Positions 55,702 through 64,000 are shown, counted from the first letter of the stretch. The stretch: 64,000 bases of DNA from an uncultured Chloroflexia bacterium (GCA_963780425.1 CAWABZ010000015.1:147816-211815); one strand, 5' to 3'. The notes: generated from the sequence alone by a model not told the origin. Numbers and translations are program-made.

Positions 55702-56505
55702 TCATTCGGGCAGGGTGACCCCCAGAGTGGCCAGCAGTCCCCCGTCGACGCGGATGTCTTCGCCCGTCACGAAGCTCGCCCGATCGCTGACGAGGAAGGT
55801 GACCACCTCGGCGATCTCCTCGGGACGAGCCACCCGGCCGATCGGATGCAACCGGCCCCATTGCTCGACGAGGGCCTGCTCCCCGGCATCGGTGCCATCG
55901 CTGAAGCGGCGGGCCGAGGCGCGCAGCATCGGCGTGTCGACCGAGCCCGGGCAGACGGCGTTGACTCGCACGCCGTGAACGGCCTCGTCGACGGCCATCG
56001 ACCGGACTAGCATCTCGAGCGCTCCCTTGCTCGCGGCATACGCCGCAACGTCCGCCTGGGCGACGTGGCCCTGGACCGAGGAGATGACGACGACCGAGCC
56101 GTGGCCGCTCATCCGGAGGTGCGGCAGGGCAGCCTTCGCGGCCAGGAAGACGCCCTTCACGTTGACCGCCATCACCTGGTCCCAGGTCGCCTCGTCGGTG
56201 TCCACGACGTCGCCGTAGCGCTGGATTCCGGCCGATGTCACCAGGGCGTCCAGGCGCCCGAATCGCTCCACCGTCGCTCCGACCGCCCGATCGATCGACG
56301 ACCGGTCGGTCACGTCGGCGGGGACCGCCAGGGCCTGCCCGCCATCCGCGCCGACGGCCGCCACCGCCTCGTCTACCCGGTCGACCTCGAGCCCGCACAC
56401 GCCGACCGCTGCGCCGTTCGCGGCAAGAGCCTCGACGATCGCACGTCCGATGCCCTGCGAGCCGCCGGTCACGAACGCCACCCGGCTGGCCAGCTCGCCG
56501 GTCAT
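55702..56505 (-). CDS. SDR-family oxidoreductase
   Basis: Start ATG 56505. TGGSQGIGRA, catalytic S...YAASK and VNAVCPG. Its ATG (56505..56503) overlaps the uxuA stop (56504..56502) as ATGA. Confidence 0.85.
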   Translation of the reverse strand: MTGELASRVAFVTGGSQGIGRAIVEALAANGAAVGVCGLEVDRVDEAVAAVGADGGQALAVPADVTDRSSIDRAVGATVERFGRLDALVTSAGIQRYGDVVDTDEATWDQVMAVNVKGVFLAAKAALPHLRMSGHGSVVVISSVQGHVAQADVAAYAASKGALEMLVRSMAVDEAVHGVRVNAVCPGSVDTPMLRASARRFSDGTDAGEQALVEQWGRLHPIGRVARPEEIAEVVTFLVSDRASFVTGEDIRVDGGLLATLGVTLPE

Positions 56506-57545
56506 GCACCGTCCTCGGCGTCGAGCGCGGCGAGCACCCCCTGGAGGTAGCCGATGGCGTGGGCCCGGCCGCGGCTGACGTAGGCCGCCGACGCGGTGTC
56601 CGCCCAGGTGTCCTCGTCGCCGATCATGGCCGGGACGTGATCGTCGATGATAAACCCGTCGAAGCCCACGCCACGGAGGCGTCGGAGCACGGAGGGCGGG
56701 TCGTAGTTCCCTTCGCCAAGGAACAATTCGGTGAACCGCGGCGCGACGCCCTGCACGTCGCGGAAGTGGATGTAGAAGATCTTGCCGGCCGGTCCGAACA
56801 AATCGATGACCTGTTCGACACTGTGGCGCCCGGCCATCTCGGACACGGTCCCGAGGCACAGATCGAGGCCCCACGCCGGGCTGCCGCCGGACAGCTCCCG
56901 GGCTCGCTCGAGTCCTTCCGGACTTGACAGGATGCGGGCGATTCCGCCCAGCCCGGCGGCGACCGGCGGGTCGTCGGGATGGACAGCCAGGCGAACGCCG
57001 ACCTCCTCGGCCACCGGGAGGACGGCCTCCAGGAATACCCGGTAGTTGTCCCACATCCGCTCCGCGTCGATCGGCCCGGGGAGCAGGCGGTCCGGGGCAA
57101 GCTTGTAGCCGGCCAGCGCGTTGCCCTGGGCCACGTGGTCCGCATCGAAGGCGGTTACCAGGGCCCCGCCCCGGCCTCTCGCCCGCAGCTCGGTCCGCCA
57201 GACGTAGGTGGGCATGAAGTGATGGCCGAGCATCGTTATCCCGGCCCGGGCCATGTTGCGGATCGTCGTCCGGTAGTTCTCGAGCTGCTGCTCGCGCCCG
57301 GGCTCGCCCAGCAGGACCTTGTCCCACTGGCGGAAGGGCACGTTCTCGATGCCCTCGACGATCAGGCCGGCGGCCTCGCACCGCTCGCGAAGGTCGATCA
57401 GCTCGTCCAGCTCCCAGTGACCGGGGCGGCCGGCGAGGTCGGATGGCGCGTGGAACTGGATGCTGGTCAGGCCGAGCTGCTGGGCGAAGGCGGCGATCGT
57501 GTGGTTGAACCCCTCGACGTGGCCGAGGGTCAGGCGCATGGCCAT
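56502..57545 (-). CDS. uxuA: Mannonate dehydratase
   Basis: FLEAVLPVAEEVGVRLAVHPDDPP and HHFMPTYVWRTEL closely parallel E. coli UxuA segments. Start is ATG 57545 (or 57539). Confidence 0.85.
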   Translation of the reverse strand: MAMRLTLGHVEGFNHTIAAFAQQLGLTSIQFHAPSDLAGRPGHWELDELIDLRERCEAAGLIVEGIENVPFRQWDKVLLGEPGREQQLENYRTTIRNMARAGITMLGHHFMPTYVWRTELRARGRGGALVTAFDADHVAQGNALAGYKLAPDRLLPGPIDAERMWDNYRVFLEAVLPVAEEVGVRLAVHPDDPPVAAGLGGIARILSSPEGLERARELSGGSPAWGLDLCLGTVSEMAGRHSVEQVIDLFGPAGKIFYIHFRDVQGVAPRFTELFLGEGNYDPPSVLRRLRGVGFDGFIIDDHVPAMIGDEDTWADTASAAYVSRGRAHAIGYLQGVLAALDAEDGA

Positions 57546-57552
57546 CGGTCGG

Positions 57553-57938
57553 TCAGCCCGCGAACCGATGCCCTGGCCGGCCACGGACGCTCGGCCGGCA
57601 CGCGAACAGCCAGCCGGCGTGTGGCTGGTCCGGTTTGCCCCCGGCGGCCACCCGCTCGATGTGGCCACTGGCCGCGTTGACCGCGACAGATCTGTCGCGG
57701 ACTTCGGCAACGAGTCCGCCGCCCTCCCGCAGGCCGAGCGCCCCAACCATCCGCCCGATGGCGATCATTTCTTCCTGCCCGTCACCGGATCAGTCCGATG
57801 GATCGACTCGCCCAGGATGTCCACCCACCAGACGCAGTGCTCGCGGTCATCCCAGACAGGGCCTTCACCCACGTCGTCCGGGCGTTGGCCACCAGAAACG
57901 GCCGCGATCCGCGGCACGTCCACCGGCAACACGCTCAT
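57553..57938 (-). pseudogene. Remnant of an SMP-30/gluconolactonase/LRE-like gene (N-terminal third only, with a -1 frameshift)
   Basis: MSVLPVDVPRIAAVSGGQRPDDVGEGPVWDDREHCVWWVDILGESIHRTDPVTGRKK-stop. The sequence IAIGRMVGALGLREGGGLVAEVRDRS then continues in another frame (switch at 57766..57770), and the gene ends about 180 codons short of a full family member. Confidence 0.6.
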
Positions 57939-58209
57939 CGCTCGATCACTCCTTCCACCCTCGTTCGGCGAGGGCATGGTGACACGGGCGACGTGTGCGG
58001 CGTGCCTCGAGTGACGGCTAATGGCCGGGTCCGCGCGGTGGTCTCGGCTGAGCTTGTTCGCCGCCACTGGCGACGGCCGACGCCTGGATCGCGGCGTGGG
58101 AGGCCCAGGCGGCACGGGACGGGCTCGAGCGCGGAGCAGCGTACTGGGAAGCGGGCTGGGCTTGGATCGTGGCCCAGCGCGAGCGCCGCGTGCGGCCTTA
58201 AGTGCCCGA

Positions 58210-58446
58210 CTATGGCGAGGCGATAAGGGCGCAGAGGTCGGTCGCCACTCCGCTGAGGGAGAACGCCGTGACGAGGTTGTTGTCGATGTCGAACGTGTAC
58301 CGGCTATGGCCCACGAGGCGGATCAACGCCGGCTCGGCGACCTGACCGAAAGGACCCTGGTCGCCGGGGAGGAACAGGAACATGAACCGGCCCGTGATCT
58401 CGCCGACCGCGATGTTCGTGACCGGGTCGACGGTTTCCGCGAGCAT
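58210..58446 (-). CDS. Hypothetical protein or gene fragment (78 aa)
   Basis: Protein-like composition but no recognisable family. It lies between two gene remnants, so it may itself be a fragment. Confidence 0.3.
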   Translation of the reverse strand: MLAETVDPVTNIAVGEITGRFMFLFLPGDQGPFGQVAEPALIRLVGHSRYTFDIDNNLVTAFSLSGVATDLCALIASP

Positions 58447-58463
58447 GTACCTCGACTTGGTAA

Positions 58464-58619
58464 AGGTGGACGCTCGGCGTCGTGTCGCGCATCCTCGGTC
58501 ACTCGCAGATCGCCGCGACAGCCGACGTCTACGCCCACCTGACGCCCGCGATGCTGGAGCGATCGGCAGCCCGCATGGATTCGATTCTCGCGCGCCGACC
58601 GGAAGTCGCGTCCGGCTGA
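58464..58619 (+). pseudogene. C-terminal stump of a tyrosine recombinase (phage-type integrase)
   Basis: Open only from 58464. Reads ...GVVSRILGHSQIAATADVYAHLTPAMLERSAARMDSIL..., which matches the LGHSxxxxTxxxYxH box with the catalytic Tyr. There is no N-terminal or core domain upstream. Confidence 0.7.
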
Positions 58620-58652
58620 ATGGGGTACGGCCGGGGGTACGGCCCCGAAATC

Positions 58653-58685
58653 AATGAGCCCTCCGGAACGCCCGGAGGGCTCATT
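58653..58685. terminator. Perfect 14-bp hairpin between the integrase stump and the tRNA-Arg 3' end
   Basis: aatgagccctccgg - aacgc - ccggagggctcatt. On the minus strand it is followed by GATTTCGG. It could terminate either the integrase or the tRNA transcript. Confidence 0.4.
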
Positions 58686-58699
58686 CGTGTTCAGGATGA

Positions 58700-58776
58700 T
58701 GGCCCGCCCGGAGGGATTCGAACCCCCGACCTACTGATCCGAAGTCAGTCGCTCTGATCCACTGAGCTACGGGCGG
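58700..58776 (-). tRNA. tRNA-Arg, anticodon TCG, CCA encoded
   Basis: Hand fold: acceptor CCGCCCG/CGGGCGG, TA, D arm GCTC-AGTGGATCA-GAGC, anticodon arm ACTGA-CTTCGGA-TCAGT, variable loop AGGTC, T arm GGGGG-TTCGAAT-CCCTC, discriminator G, then CCA. Confidence 0.85.
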
Positions 58777-58968
58777 ACGATTTCGTGCTCAAGCATAGCG
58801 ACAGACTCGAAGCGCGACCGAAACAGATGGCGTCGGAGCCACACTGATCGCTGCACAGCGCTCGGACAGCGAAATAACTGTCACGGGAATCAGTCGATTC
58901 GTAGAGCCTGTGAATATGGTGCTTAGCGGCGGCTGGGCCCGTTCACCGGGGCGGTATGGCTGCACGGT

Positions 58969-59193
58969 TCACGATGTCGCCGGTCCCGCGTCCCTCCGAG
59001 GACAGGCGACGACATTGAGTGTCGCCTGCCATTGAAGCTCGGCGATCAATTCCTCGGAGGAGAACGCTCCACGCTGTGTCAGGACGGCTGTTGGAATACC
59101 GACGAGCGGATGATCCGGCGGGAGCCGCTCGGGCTCGAACACATCGACACCGGCCCCGATCGCAGTCCCGGATATGTCGCTGACGTGCCGTGT
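58969..59193 (-). pseudogene. C-terminal remnant of a D-isomer-specific 2-hydroxyacid dehydrogenase
   Basis: A start-less frame reads ...DISGTAIGAGVDVFEPERLPPDHPLVGIPTAVLTQRGAFSSEEL...stop (58969..58971). This resembles the G-A-x-LDVFExEPLP...TPH end of the family, with TPH degraded to TQR. Confidence 0.4.
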
Positions 59194-59195
59194 GT

Positions 59196-60239
59196 CTAGG
59201 CTGTGGTGCGCTCCAGCGCCAGCACGTTAAATGCGCGAACCCAGTCACCCTTACCGGCGAGCCGCAGGCTGCCTAGGTCCTGCGCCACGACGACGTCGCG
59301 CACCGCCTCATGCGTGGCCTCGTCGATGAGGATCTGGCCGGGGCCGGCGGCGGCCTCCAAACGCGCGGCGACGTTCACTGAGTCCCCGACGACCGCGTAA
59401 TGCATGCGACGCTCCGAGCCGACGTTGCCGGCGATGACCTCGCCGCTGGTGATCCCGATCCCCGTCTGCAAATGCACCCCCGGCATCGTCGGGATCTCGA
59501 GGCGCATCACCGCTGACTGCACGTCGAGCGCGGCACGCACCGCGCGCTCGGCGTCATCGGAGTGCGTCACCGGGGCACCGAAGAAAGCGAAGACCCCGTC
59601 GCCGAGGAGATCGGCCACGGTGCCCCCATGGCTATCGACGGCATCGCTGACGGCAGTCAGGTATCGGTTCAGGAGCGCCAGCGTTTCCTCTGGCGCATGC
59701 TCGCCGGCCAGCGTCGTGTAACCCCGAATGTCGGCAAACAGCGTCGAGACCTGGCGCCGATCGCCGCCGAGCGAAACGGCGAATGGATCGCGGAGCGCCT
59801 CGGCCGCGACGCTCTCGCTCACATAACGCCCGAGCAGATCCCCGAGCCGGTCCTGGAGCGCCTTCGTCCGGAGGAGTGAGCGCAGCCGCGCAGACAGCTC
59901 GATCTCGTCGAACGGCTTCGACAGGAAGTCGTTGGCGCCCGCCTCCAGCCCGCGCGCCTTGTCTTCGCTCCGGTCGAGTGCGGTGAGCAGCAGGATGGGC
60001 AAACCCGCGTACTCGGGCTGGCGCCGGAGCCGCTGGCAGACCTCGATGCCGTCGAGCCCCGGCATCATCACGTCCAGGCAAACGAGATCGGGTTGCTGCT
60101 CCGCGACGGCTCTGATCGCCGAGGGGCCATCGGGCGCCTCGGCCACGTCGTAGCCCTGGCGCGTCAGGAGCTTGCGCAGAAGCGCGAGGTTGGCAGGCTC
60201 GTCGTCAACGGCGAGGATGAGGGGCCGGTCGCGCCTCAT
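59196..60239 (-). CDS. Response-regulator receiver domain fused to a class III adenylate/guanylate cyclase
   Basis: Start ATG 60239. REC domain (ILAVDDEPANL...DLVCLDVMMPGLDG...LSKP). Cyclase domain (VSTLFADIRGYTTLAG, GDGVFAFFGAP, GNVGSERRMHYAVVGDSVNVAARLE). Confidence 0.88.
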   Translation of the reverse strand: MRRDRPLILAVDDEPANLALLRKLLTRQGYDVAEAPDGPSAIRAVAEQQPDLVCLDVMMPGLDGIEVCQRLRRQPEYAGLPILLLTALDRSEDKARGLEAGANDFLSKPFDEIELSARLRSLLRTKALQDRLGDLLGRYVSESVAAEALRDPFAVSLGGDRRQVSTLFADIRGYTTLAGEHAPEETLALLNRYLTAVSDAVDSHGGTVADLLGDGVFAFFGAPVTHSDDAERAVRAALDVQSAVMRLEIPTMPGVHLQTGIGITSGEVIAGNVGSERRMHYAVVGDSVNVAARLEAAAGPGQILIDEATHEAVRDVVVAQDLGSLRLAGKGDWVRAFNVLALERTTA

Positions 60240-60598
60240 GGCAGAAAACCCGCGACGCTGTCCGCGAATGTCGCGAAGTCGATCGGTTTGCTCAGGTAGC
60301 CGTCGAACCCGTTGGCCAGCGCACGCTCGCGATCGCCGACCATCGCGTGCGCCGTGAACGCGACGACGCGCAACTTGGCGGCGCCTGGGTCGGCGCGGAG
60401 CTCGTTGATCGCATGCCACCCGTCCATGTCGGGAAGCCCGAGATCCATCAGCACGAGGTCGGGAACTGCCTCACGCGCGAGTGCGATCCCGGTCGCCGCA
60501 GTCTCGGCGCTCAGGACCACGTGGCCGGCGGCGCGGAGCAGCTTCGTGGCCAAGGCCAGATTCGCAGGCGTGTCCTCGACCAGGAGGATCGTCGCCAT
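60236..60598 (-). CDS. Single-domain response regulator (CheY-like)
   Basis: ILLVEDTPANL...DLVLMDLGLPDMDG...YLSKP. It has an ATGA overlap with the cyclase gene and a TAATG overlap with the kinase gene. Confidence 0.88.
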   Translation of the reverse strand: MATILLVEDTPANLALATKLLRAAGHVVLSAETAATGIALAREAVPDLVLMDLGLPDMDGWHAINELRADPGAAKLRVVAFTAHAMVGDRERALANGFDGYLSKPIDFATFADSVAGFLP

Positions 60599-62608
60599 TA
60601 CTGCCGGACCAGGGGCATGGCGCCGCCCTCCTCCAGCGCACGAAGCAGACTTTCCTTCTCCACAGGCTTGCCGACGTGACCATCCGCGAGATCAGGCATA
60701 TCGGCCGCGTCAACGACTGTGACGATGATCACTGGTATCCCCCTGGTCTCTGGGTCGGTTTTGAGATCGCGGAGGATATCGCGGCCGTCACGTCCGGGCA
60801 TCAGGATGTCGAGCAGGATCGCCGCTGGTAACAGGCCGCGCGCGTCGCTCACCGCCCTGCTCGGGTCGGTCGAGCCGACGACGCGGTACCCCTCGCCCGC
60901 GAGCATCTTCTCGAGCAGCGGTGCTACCGCGGGATCGTCATCGATGCTGAGCAGCACGCGTTCCCCGTCGCGGACCTCACCCCGCTCGGCCTTCGTCGCG
61001 GTGGCCAGTATCACGCGACAGTCGAGGGGCAGCCTCAGGAAGAAGACGCTTCCATGTCCGGGTTCGCTCTCGAGCGTGATGTCGCCTCCCATCGCCCGCG
61101 CCAGACGGCGGCTGATCGCGAGACCCAGACCGGTGCCACCCTCACTTCCCTCGGCCTGACGGAACTCCTCGAAGATGGCCTCATGCTGATCTGGATCGAT
61201 TCCGCGGCCGGTGTCGCGCACCGATACCGTGAATCTCGAGTCTGCGGCGCCGCTCGTCTCGACGTGCACCTCGCCCTCGCCGGTGAACTTGAGTGCGTTC
61301 CCAAACAGGTTGACGAGGATCTGGCGGACCCGCTGTCGGTCGAGCACCACCTCCGTCGGTGCGCCGGAATCAACCCATGCGAAGCGGATCCCCTTCTGTG
61401 CGGCCAACGACCGGTGCTGCGCCACGACCGACTCGACGAGCTCCCGCGGGTCGAAAGGTTGCGCGTCGATCGTGATCTTGCCGGCCTCGATCTTCGACAG
61501 GTCGAGGATCTCGTTGATCAGTCCGAGCAGGTCCCGCCCGCCCCTCTGGACCCAGCCCAGCGACGCCTTCTGCTCCGTGTTGAGCGGACCGTCCACGCCC
61601 GCGAGGAGCGCGTCGGTAAAACCGAGGATCGCGTTCATGGGCGTCCGTAGCTCGTGGCTCACGCTCGCGAGGAAGCGCGACTTCGCCTCGCTCGCGCGCT
61701 CGAGCGAAACGTTCGTCAGCTCGAGTCGGCGGCCCAGCGCACGCTGATCCTCGAATAGCTGCGCCAGCCGCTCGCTGGTCTCGTTCAGGTCGTGCGCGAG
61801 GCTCCCGAATTCATCGCGGTTCGGCACCTGCGACGCGTTGCGTGAAGTCTCCCCTGGTGATTCCCGCAAGTGCGCGTTGCATCTTTCGGACGGGGAGGAT
61901 GATCGGCCACGAGAAGACGAATCCGAGCATCAGTGCCACAACGACACTGGTGCCCGAGAAGGCGATCACGGTGGACGTGAGCAGGATCCGGTCGGACTCG
62001 AATGCGGCTCGCGCCTGGACCATCTGCTGCCCGGCCTCGGTGATCAGGTTCCGCATCGCGGCCTCGAGCACATGCGATGCCGGGTGCTCCTCCTCGAGGT
62101 GGAGGCGCGTGGCAGCGGGGATGTCACCGGCCTCGTACAGCGCCAATGCCCTGGCGCTCGAGGCCGAGAAGCCGTCGTTCGTAGCTCTCACATCGCGGAA
62201 GAAGTCCGCCTCGGCCGGGTCAGCCTGCTCCATCTGGTCGAGCAGGTCGATGAATGTCTTCTTCGCTTCGGCGATCTGCGCGTTGTACTTGTCCTCTTGC
62301 GTCAGGAGCGCCATGGCCCGGAAGTGGCTTTGCGCCGTGACCGCATAGAGCATCTGCTGCGCTCGGCTGGCCTTCTCCTGAAGGTGGTTGAGCTCGCCGA
62401 CGCGTTCGTTCATCCGCCCGATCACGACGAGACTGAGGATCGCCATCCCCACGAGAAGCAGGGCGCCGGCGAGGAATCCGAAGAGTAGCTTGCGATGGAC
62501 GCCTGCACTCGTGCCGGCTACTGCGTCGACTACGGGTCGGAGCCAGCCCGTAAAGCGTGGCAATCCGGGCTCGACAGGCATCATGGGCGAGGAGTCTGCG
62601 CCCGACAC
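60598..62608 (-). pseudogene. Hybrid sensor histidine kinase (periplasmic helical sensor, HAMP, HisKA, HATPase and REC domains) with one apparent +1 frameshift inside the HAMP domain (about 61826..61834)
   Basis: The upstream ORF (61811..62608) ends ...[27 protein letters not shown]-stop. The +1 frame continues [21 protein letters not shown]...[16 protein letters not shown]...GTGLGLAI...REC ([10 protein letters not shown]...[11 protein letters not shown]). Confidence 0.85.
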
Positions 62609-62857
62609 CCAGACCCTCGCAAGGACCGCAGCCGCTTAGCTGCCTCAAAACGGTGTCAGGTACCCGACGTCCCGCTTCACGTCGATGGAATCCTCGGCCC
62701 CAACCAGTCCTCGCTGGGCTGTGCGCATAGGCGGCGCTGCGGGCTTGGGCTGTGCAACCGATCACGCGCGGCGGGCGTCCACTAGGCTGTCCCTCGGCAG
62801 GCCGGACCGGGCATTTCGCAGCCGCCTGCCCGTCAGCTCAGATGAGGCACATGTCCG

Positions 62858-63310
62858 ATGATCCGTCCGCGCGTCGCCTGGTTGTTCCTCTGCTTGTCCC
62901 TCGCCGCTTGTGCCGGCACCTCTCCCGGCACCTCTCCCAGTCAGACGGCGGAACCTTCCGCCAGCCCCTCGGCCTCCGGGACGGCGATCGTGCTGCACGA
63001 AGCACCGGCCAACCTCGGTTGCGACACGATCGGCATCGACTACACGAGCGTGACGTTCCGTATCGACCCCGCGGCAGCGGAGCAAGTCGCAGCCGTTACC
63101 GACACCGGCGTGACGCTCACGACGTATTGGTCGGCCGGGTTCCAGCCCGGCAGCGATGCGGAGCGAGTCATCCGCGATCCCGCCGGGAAGGTGGTCGTGA
63201 GCCACGGCGAGGTGCTCCTGGTACCGCCCGCGGCCTACCCGCGTCTGGCCGGTTACTTCGTCTGCCTCGGTCCGGACAAGCTGTACGTGCTCCTCGCCGA
63301 CCCGTCGTAG
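62858..63310 (+). CDS. Hypothetical lipoprotein
   Basis: Signal peptide with a lipobox (WLFLCLSLAAC), a Ser/Pro linker, and no recognisable domain. Confidence 0.6.
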   Translation: MIRPRVAWLFLCLSLAACAGTSPGTSPSQTAEPSASPSASGTAIVLHEAPANLGCDTIGIDYTSVTFRIDPAAAEQVAAVTDTGVTLTTYWSAGFQPGSDAERVIRDPAGKVVVSHGEVLLVPPAAYPRLAGYFVCLGPDKLYVLLADPS

Positions 63311-63328
63311 GCGAGAGGCGCGACGGCG

Positions 63329-63688
63329 ATGCCCAGACAGCCGGCGGTCGACGCCTGGTTCGAGCGGTACGACAACCCGATGAAGGACGTCGTCCAGCGG
63401 GTCCGTGAGATCGTTCTCGACGCCGACCCGCGGGTCGACGAGTGCATCAAGTGGCAGGCGCCGACGTTCACGTACAAGGGCAACATCGCCAGCTTCTATC
63501 CGAAGAGCCGGCAGCATGCGAGCCTCATGTTCCACCTCGGCGCGAGGATCCCGGGCACGTATCCGCGCCTCGAGGGGAGCGGTGACACATCGCGCGTCAT
63601 GAAGGTGGCTGATCTCGACGAGGCAGAGGCCGCCCGTCCGGAGCTCGAGTCGATCGTCCGCGCCTGGTGCGACTGGCGTGATGCGTGA
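63329..63688 (+). CDS. DUF1801 (YdhG-like) domain protein
   Basis: 119 aa. VVQRVREIVLDADPRVDECIKWQAPTFTYKGNIASF is typical of the family. Confidence 0.65.
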   Translation: MPRQPAVDAWFERYDNPMKDVVQRVREIVLDADPRVDECIKWQAPTFTYKGNIASFYPKSRQHASLMFHLGARIPGTYPRLEGSGDTSRVMKVADLDEAEAARPELESIVRAWCDWRDA

Positions 63689-63816
63689 CGGACGCCCTGG
63701 AGGCGTCAGCCGTTCGCGATAGACGCCAAGGGATCCTCGAGTCCACGCCCGCCGCCCCGGCAACCGTCGCACGGCATACTTCGGTCACGAGGCGAGAGCG
63801 GTCGGAGGAGACACCC

Positions 63817-64000
63817 GTGACGATCCACATCCGCAAGTGGGCGACGTTCCGCGAGGAGGTCGTGTCTGACGGCGAGCGTGAGCTCGAACGTCCGCTCCGC
63901 CGGGTCGCCGTGGCGGTCGTCTGCTCCAACCCCTACGCGGGCTCCTGGTCCGACGACCTTGCCGAGCTCATCGACTTCGGGGAGTTCCTCGGTGATGAGC
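63817..64000 (+). CDS. 'Amino acid synthesis' family protein (PF06684-like); the 3' end lies outside the window
   Basis: GTG 63817 preceded by GGAGGAG. Reads VTIHIRKWATFREEVVSDGERELERPLRRVAVAVVCSNPYAGSWSDDL. The family was assigned from memory of this N-terminal pattern. Confidence 0.55.
   Translation, partial: MTIHIRKWATFREEVVSDGERELERPLRRVAVAVVCSNPYAGSWSDDLAELIDFGEFLGDE

Larger units (their letters stand above)
53542..58748. mobile_element. Decayed integrative genomic island (about 5.2 kb) inserted at the 3' end of tRNA-Arg(UCG)
   Basis: Bounded by perfect 51-bp direct repeats (a partial tRNA at 53542..53592 and the intact tRNA at 58700..58776). A tyrosine-recombinase C-terminal stump lies next to the tRNA. 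The cargo is sugar-acid/lactone metabolism genes. Confidence 0.75.

Noticed and set aside
4160-61840. Programmed +1 ribosomal frameshifting as the explanation for the seven split genes.
   Set aside because: I could not find a shared slippery or shifty-stop motif, nor a conserved stimulatory structure, at the seven junctions. The contexts differ and are compatible with a one-base homopolymer over-call. I kept it only as a remote alternative.

Overview
Very GC-rich window (third codon positions almost always G/C, many GTG starts and 4-nt start/stop overlaps, an F420-type LLM oxidoreductase, Pro/Thr linkers). By inference it is an Actinomycetota- or Chloroflexota-like chromosome. I can support about 60 protein genes, 2 tRNAs and one decayed tRNA-integrated island. 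I see no rRNA, CRISPR array or intact transposase. Content from left to right: a glycine-betaine/sarcosine catabolic block (dimethylglycine-oxidase-like gene, soxA-soxG-soxB-soxD, Fe-ADH); OsmC and LLM oxidoreductase; GNAT; ATP-dependent DNA ligase; a rhodanese and class-V PLP enzyme pair; tRNA-Ile(UAU); a NERD protein, an SH3 membrane protein, a DPPY methyltransferase and a large LuxR (LAL) regulator; cupredoxin-AlaX-SDR; MFS; YbaK; DUF4188/TetR; MgtC; an RCK K+ channel; pntAA-pntAB-pntB; a BcsA-like synthase with PilZ; tryptophan 2,3-dioxygenase with VOC, SDR, bicupin and XRE-cupin genes; an M24, E1-alpha/beta, hydroxyacid-dehydrogenase and amidohydrolase cluster; CPBP protease; HD-GYP; nitroreductase; GMC oxidoreductase; PAS-MBL; a 5.2-kb island in tRNA-Arg(UCG) carrying phosphotriesterase-like, SDR and uxuA genes; and a hybrid kinase, REC and REC-adenylate cyclase operon. 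Main things worth a second look: (1) seven otherwise conserved genes each carry one insertion-type (+1) frameshift, all in the same direction, so either a systematic assembly error or real gene decay; (2) the tRNA-Arg island has a perfect 51-bp att duplication, an integrase stump and gene remnants on both sides of the tRNA; (3) a UAU-anticodon tRNA-Ile; (4) Asp replaces the expected catalytic or metal-binding Cys in a Cys-free rhodanese and in AlaX, and the K+ channel filter is non-canonical (TVLGQGD); (5) two long convergent intergenic regions (9.4-9.7 kb and 30.3-30.95 kb) contain inverted and tandem repeats and a G-tract array that no gene explains; (6) several gene neighbourhoods have no textbook explanation. 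I found no single clear-cut novel multi-gene system. All family calls come from reading motifs by eye, with no database search.
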